NCBI GenBank assembly: GCA_963842525.1 | Contig: CAWJGT010000021.1 | Location: forward strand, 34,716-98,715 | Source: an uncultured Holophagales bacterium | GTDB taxonomy: Bacteria > Acidobacteriota > Thermoanaerobaculia > Multivoradales > UBA5704 | Direction of reading: 5' to 3' | Length of the DNA: 64,000 bases | Shown: in pieces, positions 1 to 9,752 of the stretch | Layout of the letters: each line of letters opens with the position of its first letter | How positions within the stretch are numbered: the stretch's first letter is position 1 | The notes under the pieces: model-generated | What the model was told of the DNA's origin: nothing | The model's input: only the letters and a program-made list of their open reading frames with translations | Databases searched by the model: none | Translations under genes and position numbers: made by a program

Positions 1-2376
1 GTCGCGGTGCTCACCCTGGCATTGGGGATCGGTGCGAATACGGCCATCTTTTCGGTCGTCAACGAGCTGCTCCTGCGCCCGCTGCCCTACCGCGATCCGG
101 AGCGGATCGTCATGTTGTGGGAGGTGACTCCGGAAGGAGAGCACCAGAACACGACCTCGCGCATCAATGTCCGGTCCTGGCGCGAGCAGAGCACGGTTTT
201 CGAGAGCATGGCGGCGTTCGCGGACTTTCGCCGCAGCCTGACCGGCGGCAACGGCGAGCCGGAGGAGGTCCCGGCCCAGCTCGCCAATCCCGAGCTGTTC
301 CATATCCTCGGCGTCAAGCCGATCCTCGGCCGGGTCCTGACGCAGGAGGACGCCCGGCCCGATGCACCGGCTGTCGCCGTCCTGAGCAACGGCCTCTGGC
401 GGAGGCGGTTCGGGGGCGACCCGGGGGTGATCGGTAAATCCATTACGCTCAACGGCGCGCCCTGCACGGTGGTCGGCGTCCTTCCTCCGGGTTTTGAATG
501 GCATCTCCGGGCGAAATCGCGCACGGGCAAGCCCGCCGAATTGTGGACCGCGCTGTCGATGCCCACGGAGGGGGATGGCGCACTGCGGGGCCGGTTCCTT
601 TCGGCGGTGGCACGCCTGAAGCCCGGAGTCTCGTTCCAGCAGGCCGATGCCGAGATGAAGACCATCATGGCCCGCCTCGCACAAGAGGAGCCCTGGTACA
701 ACAAGGGGACCAGTGCAGAGGTCGTTCCGCTGCGTGAGCAATTCGTTGGCAGGGTCCGGCCCGCGCTCCTGATCCTTCTCGGCGCCGTCGGTTTCGTGCT
801 GCTGATCGCGTGCGCCAACGTCGCCAACCTTTTGCTCGCTCGCGCCGCGGCCCGGGAAAAAGAGATCGCGCTGCGGACGGCGCTCGGCGCGAGCCGCAAT
901 CGTGTCGTCCGGCAACTCCTCACCGAAAGCCTGCTGCTCGCCATTCTGGGCTCTCTGGTCGGTCTGGGGCTCGCATGGCTGGGGATCCGGGCGCTCGTGG
1001 CGATCAGCCCGTCCGATGTCGTCGATCTGCGGAGCGTCGGCCTGAATCTCCCGGTGCTCGCCTTGACGCTGGTGGTTTCGCTGGCGACCGGAATCCTTTT
1101 CGGCCTGGCGCCCGCCCTCGAGGCGACGCGCCTCAACCTCAACGAGACGCTCAAGGAAGGCGGTAAGGGGGCCGGCGGGCAGGGCGCCCGGAGCCGCCGC
1201 CTGCGGGGCACCCTGGTCGTCGCGGAAGTCGCTCTGGCGCTCGTGCTGCTGGTCAGCGCGGGGCTGCTGGTGAAGAGCTTCGTGCGCCTGCAACAGATCG
1301 ATACCGGGTTCAACACGGAGAACGTTCTGACGCTTGTGGTGAATCTTCCGACCGCCAAGTACGACACCATGGAGCGGGTCGTCGGCTTCTTTCGCGAGGC
1401 CACGGAGCGCATCCGGACGCTCCCCGGTGTCCGCTCGGTGGGCGCCGTGAACTACCTGCCGTTGTACGGCGGGCTCGGCACAACAACCAGTTTTCTGATC
1501 GAGGGCAGGCCCGCTCCTCCGGTGGGCCAGGAGCCCAGCACGGACGTGCGCGTGGCCGACTCCGGTTATTTCGGCGCGATGGGCGTCCCCCTGCTGCGCG
1601 GCCGCAATTTCACGGAGGTCGAGACGACCGAGGCGAGGAACGTCGTGCTCATCAACGAATCGATGGCGCGGCAGCACTTCGCCGGTGAAAACCCCATCGG
1701 AAAGCGCATCAGCGTCCATATGTTCGAGGAGCCCGTGCCCACGGAGATCATCGGCATCGTCGGCGACGTCCGCTACGACAGCCTGACGGACGAAGCGCCG
1801 CCGATGGCCTACCTCCCTCTCCCGGTGCTCACCTATTCGTCCATGACGCTCGTCCTGCGGACCACCGGCGACCCGGCGGGCATGGCACCCACGGTGCGGC
1901 GCGTGGTGCACGAGATCGACCCGAACCAGCCCATCTCCGACGTGCGGACAATGGATCAGGTGATGGCCGCCACGGTAGGCCGCGCCCGTTTCAACACGCT
2001 GCTGCTCGGGCTCTTCGCGGGGCTGGCAACGCTGCTGGCGGCGGTCGGCATCTTTGGCGTGATGAGCTATTCGGTGACTCTGCGGACCCGCGAGATCGGC
2101 CTCCGGATGGCGCTCGGCGCACGGCAGGGCGAGGTGCTGAGGCTCATCCTGAAGCAGGGATTTCTCCTCACATTGATCGGGATCGGCCTCGGCCTGGCCG
2201 GCGCGCTGGCCCTGACGCGCCTCCTGTCGGGCCTGCTCTATGGAGTCGGGTCCACCGACCCGGCGACGTTTGCAGCCATCGTTGTGCTCCTCACCGTGGT
2301 GTCCCTGATCGCTTGTTACATCCCGGCGCGGCGGGCGACGCGCGTCGATCCATTGAGTGCTCTGCGGTACGACTGA
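1..2376 (+). CDS. MacB/FtsX-like ABC efflux permease, acidobacterial ADOP type (5' end lies outside the window)
   Basis: The frame is open from base 1 ([18 protein letters not shown] is the first TM helix). There is a large periplasmic domain, then FtsX-type TM bundles near aa 250-400 and at the C-terminus, ending with the typical [10 protein letters not shown] tail. It is paralogous to 39148-41727. Confidence 0.85.
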   Translation, partial: VAVLTLALGIGANTAIFSVVNELLLRPLPYRDPERIVMLWEVTPEGEHQNTTSRINVRSWREQSTVFESMAAFADFRRSLTGGNGEPEEVPAQLANPELFHILGVKPILGRVLTQEDARPDAPAVAVLSNGLWRRRFGGDPGVIGKSITLNGAPCTVVGVLPPGFEWHLRAKSRTGKPAELWTALSMPTEGDGALRGRFLSAVARLKPGVSFQQADAEMKTIMARLAQEEPWYNKGTSAEVVPLREQFVGRVRPALLILLGAVGFVLLIACANVANLLLARAAAREKEIALRTALGASRNRVVRQLLTESLLLAILGSLVGLGLAWLGIRALVAISPSDVVDLRSVGLNLPVLALTLVVSLATGILFGLAPALEATRLNLNETLKEGGKGAGGQGARSRRLRGTLVVAEVALALVLLVSAGLLVKSFVRLQQIDTGFNTENVLTLVVNLPTAKYDTMERVVGFFREATERIRTLPGVRSVGAVNYLPLYGGLGTTTSFLIEGRPAPPVGQEPSTDVRVADSGYFGAMGVPLLRGRNFTEVETTEARNVVLINESMARQHFAGENPIGKRISVHMFEEPVPTEIIGIVGDVRYDSLTDEAPPMAYLPLPVLTYSSMTLVLRTTGDPAGMAPTVRRVVHEIDPNQPISDVRTMDQVMAATVGRARFNTLLLGLFAGLATLLAAVGIFGVMSYSVTLRTREIGLRMALGARQGEVLRLILKQGFLLTLIGIGLGLAGALALTRLLSGLLYGVGSTDPATFAAIVVLLTVVSLIACYIPARRATRVDPLSALRYD

Positions 2377-2560
2377 AGAGGATGAATCGTGAAAAGATTC
2401 GCTGCTCTTGCTTGTATCGTGCTGGCATCCGCACAGCCATCAACACCCGTCGCCCAGCAAGGCGCGTCGCTGGCGATGAGCCCGAGCGTGGATCTGACCC
2501 GGGTGCGGTGATAGATTACGCGGCGAAGCCGCCGCGAAACATTCCTCGCGTGCGCGCGTA

Positions 2561-4447
2561 ATGCCTGTATCGCCGACTTTTGGGAGATCTGATATGGCCA
2601 TCGTGCAGACTGACGAACCGACTCCTCGGAAGCCGCTCCGGCTGTGGCCCGGCGTCGTTGCCGTGGTGGTGCAGTGGCTGGGCTGGTTCGTCCTCCCCGT
2701 GCTCTTTCCCGAGGCCGCGATGTACGGGCTCCTTGCGGGGGTCTTCTGCGCGCTGGTGATCCTCCTGTGGTTGCTGTTCTTCAGCCGGGCACCCGGGCTC
2801 GAGCGCCTGGGCGCCATCGTCCTGATGGCCGGCGGGCTGGCCGCGACTTGGCCCCTCCTCCACCCCTCGATTGCGGGCGGCGCGATGGGGTATTTGTTCT
2901 TCGTCTTGGCCATCCCGGTCCTGAGCCTCGCCTTGGTGGCCTGGGCGGTGGCCAGCCGTCGCCTCTCCACGGGCTCCCGGCGTGCCGCGCTGGTCGCCAC
3001 CATCCTGATTGCGTGCGGAGTGTTCGCGCTCGTACGGACCGATGGCATGTACGGCGCCGGCAAAGCGGATCTCCACTGGCGATGGACGCCGACTCCCGAG
3101 GAGCGGCTCCTGGCCCAGGCCGGCGACGCGCCGGCGGCGCGTCCGTCCGCTCCGGCAGCGGCCGTTGCAGCGTCGCCGGAAAAGCCGCTCCCGGCACCCG
3201 CCAGCGCCGAGCCGCCGACGCCCGCTCCGGCCGCCGCGCAGGCTCCCGAGAAGCCGCTGGTTCCGGCAGCAGAGGAGACAGAGACACAAGCCGACTGGCC
3301 CGGCTTTCGCGGACCCGAGCGCAACGGCGTGGCTCGCGGCGTACAGATCGACACCGACTGGGCCAAGTCCCCGCCCGTCGAGCTGTGGCGCCGGCAGGTC
3401 GGACCGGGGTGGTCGTCCTTCGCGGTCCAGGGCGACCTCGTCTACACCCAGGAGCAGCGTGGTGACGACGAGGTCGTCTCCTGCTACAACCTGACCACCG
3501 GAAAGCCGGTATGGCAACACGGCGACGCGGCCCGGTTCTGGGAGTCGAATGCCGGCGCCGGTCCGCGCGGGACGCCGACCCTCAGCAATGGCCGCGTCTA
3601 CACATTGGGTGCGACCGGAATCCTGAACGCGCTCGACGCTCGGAACGGCGCCGTCGTGTGGTCGCGCAATGCGGCGTCCGAAACTGGCGCGAAGCTCCCG
3701 GGCTGGGGCTTTGCCGGCTCGCCGCTGGTGGTCGGCGACGTCGTCATCGCTGCCACCTCCGGCACGCTCATCGCCTACGACGCCGCCACCGGTGAACGAC
3801 GCTGGCTCGGCCCGGACGGCGGCATGGGCTACAGCTCGCCACATCTCGCGACGATCGACGGAGTCACGCAGATCCTGCTGCTCCACGGAACCGGCGCGAT
3901 GGGCGTCGCGCCGGCCGACGGCAAGGTGCTTTGGGAGCACAAGTGGCCGGGCGACGGCATCGTGCAGCCGGCCCTGACCGCGGACGGCGACGTCCTGCTC
4001 GGCGCCGGCTCCGGCATGGCCGGAAGCGGCATGCGCCGCATCGCGGTCGCGCACGGGTCCGGCGGATGGACCACCGAAGAGCGCTGGACCTCGATCGGCC
4101 TGAAGCCCTACTTCAACGACTTCGTCGTTCACAAGGGCCATGCCTTCGGCTTCGACGGCAGCAGACTCGCGTGCGTCGGCCTCGAAGACGGCAAGCGCAA
4201 GTGGAAAGACGGACACTACGGCCACGGCCAGCTCGTCCTGTTGCCAGATCAGGACTTGCTGCTCGTGCTATCGGAGAAGGGTGAGCTGGCGCTGGTCCGG
4301 GCGACCCCCGACCAGTTCACGGAGCTCGCGCGGTTCCCGGCGATCGAGGGCAAGACCTGGAACCACCCGGTGCTGGCCGGCGACGTCCTGCTGGTCCGCA
4401 ACGATCAGGAAATGGCCGCATTCCGGCTGTCGCTCGCAGGCCGCTGA
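2561..4447 (+). CDS. PQQ-like/BamB-like beta-propeller repeat protein with an N-terminal polytopic membrane region and Ala/Pro-rich linker
   Basis: About 170 aa of hydrophobic helices are followed by an AP-rich linker. Propeller blades follow (WPGFRGPERNG, GDLVYTQEQ, GKPVWQH, NGRVYTLG, NGAVVWS). The start could instead be the ATG at 2594. Confidence 0.75.
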   Translation: MPVSPTFGRSDMAIVQTDEPTPRKPLRLWPGVVAVVVQWLGWFVLPVLFPEAAMYGLLAGVFCALVILLWLLFFSRAPGLERLGAIVLMAGGLAATWPLLHPSIAGGAMGYLFFVLAIPVLSLALVAWAVASRRLSTGSRRAALVATILIACGVFALVRTDGMYGAGKADLHWRWTPTPEERLLAQAGDAPAARPSAPAAAVAASPEKPLPAPASAEPPTPAPAAAQAPEKPLVPAAEETETQADWPGFRGPERNGVARGVQIDTDWAKSPPVELWRRQVGPGWSSFAVQGDLVYTQEQRGDDEVVSCYNLTTGKPVWQHGDAARFWESNAGAGPRGTPTLSNGRVYTLGATGILNALDARNGAVVWSRNAASETGAKLPGWGFAGSPLVVGDVVIAATSGTLIAYDAATGERRWLGPDGGMGYSSPHLATIDGVTQILLLHGTGAMGVAPADGKVLWEHKWPGDGIVQPALTADGDVLLGAGSGMAGSGMRRIAVAHGSGGWTTEERWTSIGLKPYFNDFVVHKGHAFGFDGSRLACVGLEDGKRKWKDGHYGHGQLVLLPDQDLLLVLSEKGELALVRATPDQFTELARFPAIEGKTWNHPVLAGDVLLVRNDQEMAAFRLSLAGR

Positions 4448-4464
4448 CGGACGGCGGGCCGGAG

Positions 4465-4581
4465 CGGCCAGGCGACCGCCGCGAAGCCGCCGGTCATCAG
4501 GCCCTTCGGGTTGAGGTAACTCCTCTCGCCCCCGGGAGCGTTCTTCCCCTGGACTTTGAGGATGCGGTAGTAATAGCTCCC
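4465..4581 (-). pseudogene. Short fragment resembling a DUF2950-type protein
   Basis: The minus-strand translation GSYYYRILKVQGKNAPGGERSYLNPKGLMTGGFAAVAWP matches my memory of the conserved DUF2950 core. It has no start and no remaining gene body. Confidence 0.35.
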
Positions 4582-4609
4582 CCTTACCGCGGCCCCGCCT
4601 CCACCCCTC

Positions 4610-4669
4610 GAGCCGCTCCTCGGGAGTCGGCGTCCATCGCCAGTGGAGATCCGCTTTGCCGGCGCCGTA
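4610..4669 (-). repeat. Exact 60-bp inverted copy of 3050-3109 (an internal segment of the propeller gene)
   Basis: Direct comparison: the reverse complement of 4610-4669 equals 3050-3109 (tacggcgccggcaaagcggatctccactggcgatggacgccgactcccgaggagcggctc). Confidence 0.9.
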
Positions 4670-4927
4670 GCAGCGGCGAGACGAGGCGCTGGACGATCTG
4701 GCCAGGATCGAGCGCGACTGTCTACAGAAGGGAAACGTGATCGATGCCTTCGAGGCCCGGCTCTCCGCCGGTGAGCTGATGCGGCCGCCGGAGAGAGGCG
4801 CGAGGCTGGAGGAGATCGCGCGCGAGGCGCGCCGGCTGGGTCTCGAACAGATCGCCCGCCGGGCGGAAAAGATCCGGCGGGAGGAGTAGGCTCTCCTCCC
4901 ACCCGGTGCTCACACATTTCCACTGCA

Positions 4928-5182
4928 TCAGGCCGTCTGCTCCATCGCCGTGGTCCCCTGGTAGGGCGGCGGCGGCCACAGCGGGGGGGGCTTCGGGATG
5001 AGGATTTCCGGCGGGTCGACGATGCTGCTGATCAAAGGCAGGGGCAGGTCGTGAGCCTGCGCTGCGAGATTCGCGGGAGAGGCCGCGGTGCCCAGCGCCG
5101 GGACGGCCAGGAACAGCGGAAGAATGCAAACAGCGAACAGCCGAGGCAACCTGGAATCGATCATCTTTTGAATGGCAAACAT
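4928..5182 (-). CDS. Small secreted Pro-rich hypothetical protein
   Basis: An internal ATG is preceded by AAGGGGA. The signal-like N-terminus is MFAIQKMIDSRLPRLFAVCILPLFLAVPALG and the tail is proline-rich (PKPPPLWPPPPY). No family recognised. Confidence 0.4.
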   Translation of the reverse strand: MFAIQKMIDSRLPRLFAVCILPLFLAVPALGTAASPANLAAQAHDLPLPLISSIVDPPEILIPKPPPLWPPPPYQGTTAMEQTA

Positions 5183-5339
5183 GACTTTCCCCTTATCTGG
5201 TGAAGCAGTTTTTAGTTCGCGTTTCAGTTTTTCGATCGAATCCGGATTCGAAAAACTGAACATTGCAGCCGGCGTGCCAAGCCGGCTCCCGGGGGAAGTC
5301 AGTCTGTCGGGAGGCGCTAAAGAGGGGAAAAAGTGATAT

Positions 5340-5374
5340 TTGACATGTCAACCCAGGGGCGGTTGACATGTCAA
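5340..5374. promoter_or_regulatory. Two perfect 12-bp palindromes TTGACATGTCAA, 23 bp apart centre to centre
   Basis: Copies at 5340-5351 and 5363-5374 lie in a low-GC intergenic stretch. Each contains TTGACA on both strands. Confidence 0.5.
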
Positions 5375-5628
5375 AAGCCGGAGGCGGCGAGCCGCCTCAG
5401 CAGGACGTCGCGGTCGATGTCTCCATAGGCGGCCAGGCCCGGCTCGCGCGGGCCGGTGAGCCCTTCGCCGTCCGACTCCGCCGTGGCGCCGTCCAGCCGG
5501 CACGGGCGGACGCTCGCGGCGCGCTCGGGGCTCTCGCCGGAGAGCCAGGCCACGAGGGAGGCCCCGGCCACCGGCTTGCCGTCCGGATCCAGAACCCGGC
5601 CGGCGATCCGGGCGGCGGGCTGGAGCAT
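5371..5628 (-). pseudogene. Isolated carboxypeptidase-regulatory-like (CarboxypepD_reg) domain fragment
   Basis: RIAGRVLDPDGKPVAGASLV is the usual start of this domain at the N-terminus of TonB-dependent receptors and similar proteins. No receptor body follows. Confidence 0.35.
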
Positions 5629-5810
5629 GGAGCGTACGGTCTACGACCAGCCCGGCCGCATCGTGCCCTGGCGCGCCTCCGGCTACATGAAGCGCAAGGA
5701 CGGATTCGAGAACGCCCCCTATCTGAGCATGGACCTTCTGTGGGCCGCCGGGGCCTTGATGTCCACGGTGGACGACCTGGCGCGGACCTACCTGAGCGGT
5801 GGGACGCTCC
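5627..5810 (+). pseudogene. C-terminal fragment of a beta-lactamase-family serine hydrolase
   Basis: PYLSMDLLWAAGALMSTVDDLARTYLSGG resembles the distal part of class-C-like serine hydrolases. The SxxK region is absent. The fragment runs in frame into the 21-bp repeat array. Confidence 0.4.
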
Positions 5811-5869
5811 GGACGGCAGCGGCCCCAGCCGCGGTGCCACGCCTCACGAAGCAAGAGGTGCTGCCCCGG

Positions 5870-6430
5870 GGAACCGAGCCGCTGGCCGCGAGCCCCGAGG
5901 CGTTGACCGTGGGCAACGGGTCCAGGACCGCGAGCCGAGCCCTGCCGATCGGGAGCCGCGAGCCGGTGACCCGGGGCGGCGAGCCGGCGACCGCGCGCCA
6001 TGAGCCAGAGACCGGGAGCCGAGAGACGCTGACACGGAGGCGAGCGACACCGGCCTATGTGAACGAGCCGGTGGCAGCGAGCGGCGAGCCGGTGACCTGG
6101 AGCGGGGAGCCGTGGACCGCTGTCACGGAGATGCTGACCGCTGTCACGGAGACGCTGACCTGTGCCTGCGTGCTGGCGGCCTGGCTCAAGGAGCCGCCGA
6201 GCTGTGTCGCTGGGCCGTTACCCCATGTCGCGGGGACGCCGACCCAGGCCGCCGAGTCTTTGACCTATGTCGCCGGGCCGTTGATCGCTGTCGCTGGGAT
6301 GTCGCTCCATGCCGCTGGGGCGTTGACCTATATTGCGGTGTCGTTGACCGTTGTCGCTGGGCCGTTGCCCTGGATTCCTGGCCCGTTGACCGATGTCAGC
6401 GAGGCTCGGATCCAGGTCAGCGCGCCGTGA
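5870..6430 (+). repeat. Degenerate tandem array of about 27 units with 21-bp period
   Basis: Cutting the sequence every 21 nt aligns the units, for example tcacggagatgctgaccgctg / tcacggagacgctgacctgtg / tcgccgggccgttgatcgctg / tcgctgggccgttgccctgga. All three plus-strand frames stay open. In the ORF frame it reads as heptads (VAGPLxx, SGEPVTW). Confidence 0.8.
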
Positions 6431-6499
6431 ATCGTGGTCGCCGGGGCACCACCCCGGAACGACGAAGCGGTCAAGGCAGACATCGCGGCTCCGGACCCC

Positions 6500-6596
6500 G
6501 GCGATGAATCGCCGGGCTAGCAACAGCGCCCCATGAATGGGGCTTGAAGCCGGGTTCACCCGGCGCTGTTCCTAGCCCGGGCATTCATGCCCGGGC
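6500..6596. repeat. REP-like cluster of short palindromes
   Basis: The palindromes are ggcgATGAATcgcc, ccccATGAATgggg and gcccgggcATTCATgcccgggc. An imperfect 21-nt inverted repeat is also present (cgccgggctagcaacagcgcc / ggcgctgttcctagcccgggc). Confidence 0.55.
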
Positions 6597-6619
6597 GGCA
6601 GGACGGCTAGACGAGCCAT

Positions 6620-7246
6620 TCACCGTCCAACCCGAAAGCTCCGCGCCGCCCCCTCCTCTCCAACGACGGTCCAGTAGTACTCGACCCCCGGCCGGAGCTT
6701 CCGTCGCTCCTCTTCCGGGAAGGCGACTTTTCCGTCCACCGCGGGCGGGCTCGTCCAGACGTAGCTCTGGGCGGCGTCGTAGACGGTGATCCGCCGGGCC
6801 TCGCCTCCCAGGTCCGGGAAGACGAATTCCGCCGGGACTGCCTCGAGGGTCCCCTCAGGACTCCAGGTGCCGACGACAGGACCGCCGTTCCGGGTCACAT
6901 CGTCCGGCGGCTGGACGTCTTGCCGGACCGCTATCCAGAAACCGAGGCCGATCACGCAGAGCGCGAGCACGGCGGCCAGAGCGAGGACCGGATTGCGCTG
7001 TGGCGGACGGCGGACCGCGGGCGGTCCGCCGAAGCGGGCCCAGGCGGTCTGGATGTCGCGCGCCGCCATCGGCTCCGGAGCGTCGAACGCCTCCTGGCGC
7101 AAGATCTCCTCCGAGCAGGCCGCGCAGACCGCGGCATGGGCGAGGTGCTGCTCCGCCTCGTCGGTGCGCGGACCGCTGCGCGCCTCATAGAGCTGCTCCG
7201 GGGTCGGATGGGGACCCGGAGCCCGCGCGGGGATCGGATCGTTCAT
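6620..7246 (-). CDS. Anti-sigma factor (zf-HC2-like, single TM, periplasmic C-terminal domain)
   Basis: Its ATG at 7246 overlaps the sigma gene stop by 4 nt. It has HAAVCAACSEE and the TM helix VLALAAVLALCVIGLGFWIAV. Confidence 0.7.
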   Translation of the reverse strand: MNDPIPARAPGPHPTPEQLYEARSGPRTDEAEQHLAHAAVCAACSEEILRQEAFDAPEPMAARDIQTAWARFGGPPAVRRPPQRNPVLALAAVLALCVIGLGFWIAVRQDVQPPDDVTRNGGPVVGTWSPEGTLEAVPAEFVFPDLGGEARRITVYDAAQSYVWTSPPAVDGKVAFPEEERRKLRPGVEYYWTVVGEEGAARSFRVGR

Positions 7247-7770
7247 GTCTCCTCCTCCAACAAGCCCCTCAAACGCCGCCGCGCATTCCAGATCTGGACC
7301 TTGACCGTGGGGAGGGACAGCCCGAGCCTCCGGGCGACCTCGCCGTAGGGCAGCTCCTGCTGGACGTGGAGCAGGAGGCAGGTCCGCATGCGGGCCGGCA
7401 GCTTCGACATTGCTGCGATCGTGCGTTGCAGATCCTGCCGGTCCGTGGCCCGGTCGGCCGCCGAGGGGCCTTCGGCGGGGAGGGTCTCCTCGATCGGCTC
7501 CATCTCCCCGCTCCGACCCCGGCGGCGCCACTCGTCCCGCGCCACGTTCCGGGCGATGGAGTAGATCCACGGGGCGAGCCCGCCTCCCCCCCGGAATTGC
7601 TCCATGGACTTATAGACGTTCCAGAGCGTCGTTTGACTTAGATCCTCGGCATCGGCCGGCTGGAACCCGCAGGACTTGAAGAAGCTCCGCAGCCGCGGGA
7701 AGAACTCCACGAACAGGTCGTGGAAGTCCTCCCGCCCGGACTGCGGACCCGTTGGGGATGAGGAGAGCAT
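7243..7770 (-). CDS. ECF-type RNA polymerase sigma-70 factor
   Basis: Region 2 is present (FVEFFPRLRSFF, DAEDLSQTTLWNVY, PWIYSIARNVARDEWRR). The region 4 HTH is present (LPYGEVARRLGLSLPTVKVQIWNARRRL). Confidence 0.85.
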   Translation of the reverse strand: MLSSSPTGPQSGREDFHDLFVEFFPRLRSFFKSCGFQPADAEDLSQTTLWNVYKSMEQFRGGGGLAPWIYSIARNVARDEWRRRGRSGEMEPIEETLPAEGPSAADRATDRQDLQRTIAAMSKLPARMRTCLLLHVQQELPYGEVARRLGLSLPTVKVQIWNARRRLRGLLEEET

Positions 7771-7887
7771 CGCACCCTCATCTGAGCCCAACCCTGGCTG
7801 GCGTGTCAACGGGCGGGAGAGACTAATACCACCGCGCCCTTCCTTCGTCTTCCCTGGTGAATCACATCGATCGACTGCACAGGGAGG

Positions 7888-9750
7888 ATGAAAATGCGAG
7901 ATCTGAGAAAGTCTGTGATCAGGGGCGCCGCGCTGGCCGTGGCCCTCACCTGGACGTCCGCCGCCTCGGCCGATCCTCAGATCGGGCTGAACCTGCCGTT
8001 GGCGGGCGGCGTCCCGTCCACCCAGGACGAGACGTCCGTCGCGGTCAACCCGAACAATCCGCTGCAACTCGTGGCCGCGGCGGTCACCTACTTCGTGGAG
8101 AACAAGAAGGGGTGCGTCTCCCCGGCCGATACCGGGGAATACATCAATAGCAGCACTGTGGCGCTTTATGGATCGAAGGACGGTGGCGCAACCTGGGAAT
8201 ACCATTGCGCCCCCTGGCCTTCTGCGGTGGCCGGCGGTCTGGAGGGTGCGGACGAGTGGTACGGCGACGATCCGTCCGTGGCCTGGGACGCCGAAGGCAA
8301 CGCCTATGCCGCCTACATGCTCCTTTCCTGGCCGTACGGCGAGACGCTCCATCTGTCGTCTGCGATCGCCGTCGCCCGGACGACCGACGCCGGAACCAAG
8401 TGGACCACGTGGAGCGTCGTGGCCAACGACATCACGAAGCTCCACCCCTTTCATGAAAAGCCGAAGATCGCCGTCGACACCTCTACCGAGGGCCGCTCCT
8501 CGCACCCGAGCCGCGTCTACGTCACCTGGAGCCGGGACCTCACCCAGCAGGTGGCCTGGTCGGACGACGGAACGACCTGGAAGCAGAAGTCCTTCAACTT
8601 TCCCTCAGGGGATCATCACGGCGGCAACGTTGCGGTCGGGCCTGACGGCGCCGTCTATGTGATCTGGAACAAGATCCATCCGGTCGACGAGCTGTGGCAG
8701 CCCAAGGCGTACGACACGGTCTGGCTCAGCAAATCGGTCGACGGCGGCGACACCTGGTCGGAGCCGGTGCAGATCCTCTCCCTCAACCGCGGCTCGCTGG
8801 ACGCCTACTACCTGCCCCCGGCGCAGGACAATTGGTGGGTCAATTCCTACCCTTCGATCGACATCCAGCGCAATCCCGAGTCGCCTTACTACAACCGGAT
8901 CCATCTCGCCTGGACCGACCGGACGACCTGCGTGCCCTACCAGCCCTACCCCTGTGGCTCCTATGACATCTACAGCAGCTATTCGGCGGACGGCGGCGCC
9001 ACCTGGTCCCCGCGCCTCCGTGTCAACGACAACGCCGACGAGGCCTACCACTTCCTCCCGTGGCTGGCGGTCGACCAGAGCGACGGCGCGGTCCATGTCG
9101 CCTGGTATGACACACGCCTCGATCCAGAGACCCATGAGCCGACGCAGGTCTACACGTCGCGCTCGGCCGACGGTGGCGACTCCTTCGGAAGAGACCTCTG
9201 CCTGACGGACGGCGGCTCTACGTTCCAAAACCACATCAATTACAGCAACCTGAACCACAAGACCAATGACGACACCCCCTCGGCGACCCAGTACGGCGAC
9301 TATCTCGGGGTCGCCGCGTTCAATCGCAAGATGATCGCGGTCTGGACGGACAGCCGGCAGTTCTTCGACCAGGTTTACACCGACCTGCTCGAAGACGCCG
9401 CGGTGGGATCTGCCACCTACTGCTCACGCCCGAAGTGGGCTCCCGGCCCGGTGCCGGAGGTTCAGAGCCCCGCGAGCGGCTCGATCCAAATCACCCTGCC
9501 GCAGCTCCTGAGCTGGGGCACCAATGCGACGGGAGGAACCACAGACCTCCTGCGCTACAGCGGTGCAGACTGCACAGGCGTTCCGGTGGAGATCCAGGTG
9601 CCCGGCGGCGCGCTCCAGGCAACGGACGCCCCTCCCATCGCGGGGACGTACTCCTACCAGGTCCGGGTGCGCAACGACTGCCCGGGCACCGAGCTGACGC
9701 CGATGTCGAGCCTCTCCGTGTGCTCCACGCCGGTGATCTTCGTGCCCTGA
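7888..9750 (+). CDS. Secreted BNR/Asp-box repeat (sialidase-superfamily) beta-propeller protein with a C-terminal Ig/FN3-like domain
   Basis: It has a signal peptide and six Asp-box motifs (SKDGGATW, TDAGTKWT, SDDGTTWK, SVDGGDTWS, SADGGATWS, SADGGDSF). Confidence 0.8.
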   Translation: MKMRDLRKSVIRGAALAVALTWTSAASADPQIGLNLPLAGGVPSTQDETSVAVNPNNPLQLVAAAVTYFVENKKGCVSPADTGEYINSSTVALYGSKDGGATWEYHCAPWPSAVAGGLEGADEWYGDDPSVAWDAEGNAYAAYMLLSWPYGETLHLSSAIAVARTTDAGTKWTTWSVVANDITKLHPFHEKPKIAVDTSTEGRSSHPSRVYVTWSRDLTQQVAWSDDGTTWKQKSFNFPSGDHHGGNVAVGPDGAVYVIWNKIHPVDELWQPKAYDTVWLSKSVDGGDTWSEPVQILSLNRGSLDAYYLPPAQDNWWVNSYPSIDIQRNPESPYYNRIHLAWTDRTTCVPYQPYPCGSYDIYSSYSADGGATWSPRLRVNDNADEAYHFLPWLAVDQSDGAVHVAWYDTRLDPETHEPTQVYTSRSADGGDSFGRDLCLTDGGSTFQNHINYSNLNHKTNDDTPSATQYGDYLGVAAFNRKMIAVWTDSRQFFDQVYTDLLEDAAVGSATYCSRPKWAPGPVPEVQSPASGSIQITLPQLLSWGTNATGGTTDLLRYSGADCTGVPVEIQVPGGALQATDAPPIAGTYSYQVRVRNDCPGTELTPMSSLSVCSTPVIFVP

Positions 9751-9752
9751 TC

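Noticed and set aside
2389-2511. A 40-codon ORF with a GTG start after GAGGA encodes a signal-peptide-like MKRFAALACIVLASAQP...
   Set aside because: It is too short, has no recognisable mature domain, and ends abruptly. It may be the scrap of a secreted protein gene. There is not enough support to annotate it.
4737-4889. A small helical ORF (VIDAFEARLSAGELMRPPERGARLEEIAREARRLGLEQIARRAEKIRREE) from a GTG start.
   Set aside because: It has no SD and no family, and it lies among gene fragments. It could be chance in GC-rich DNA.
5870-6430. Possible CRISPR array.
   Set aside because: The 21-bp units are contiguous with no unique spacers, they are degenerate, and no cas genes are nearby. This is a tandem minisatellite or heptad repeat.
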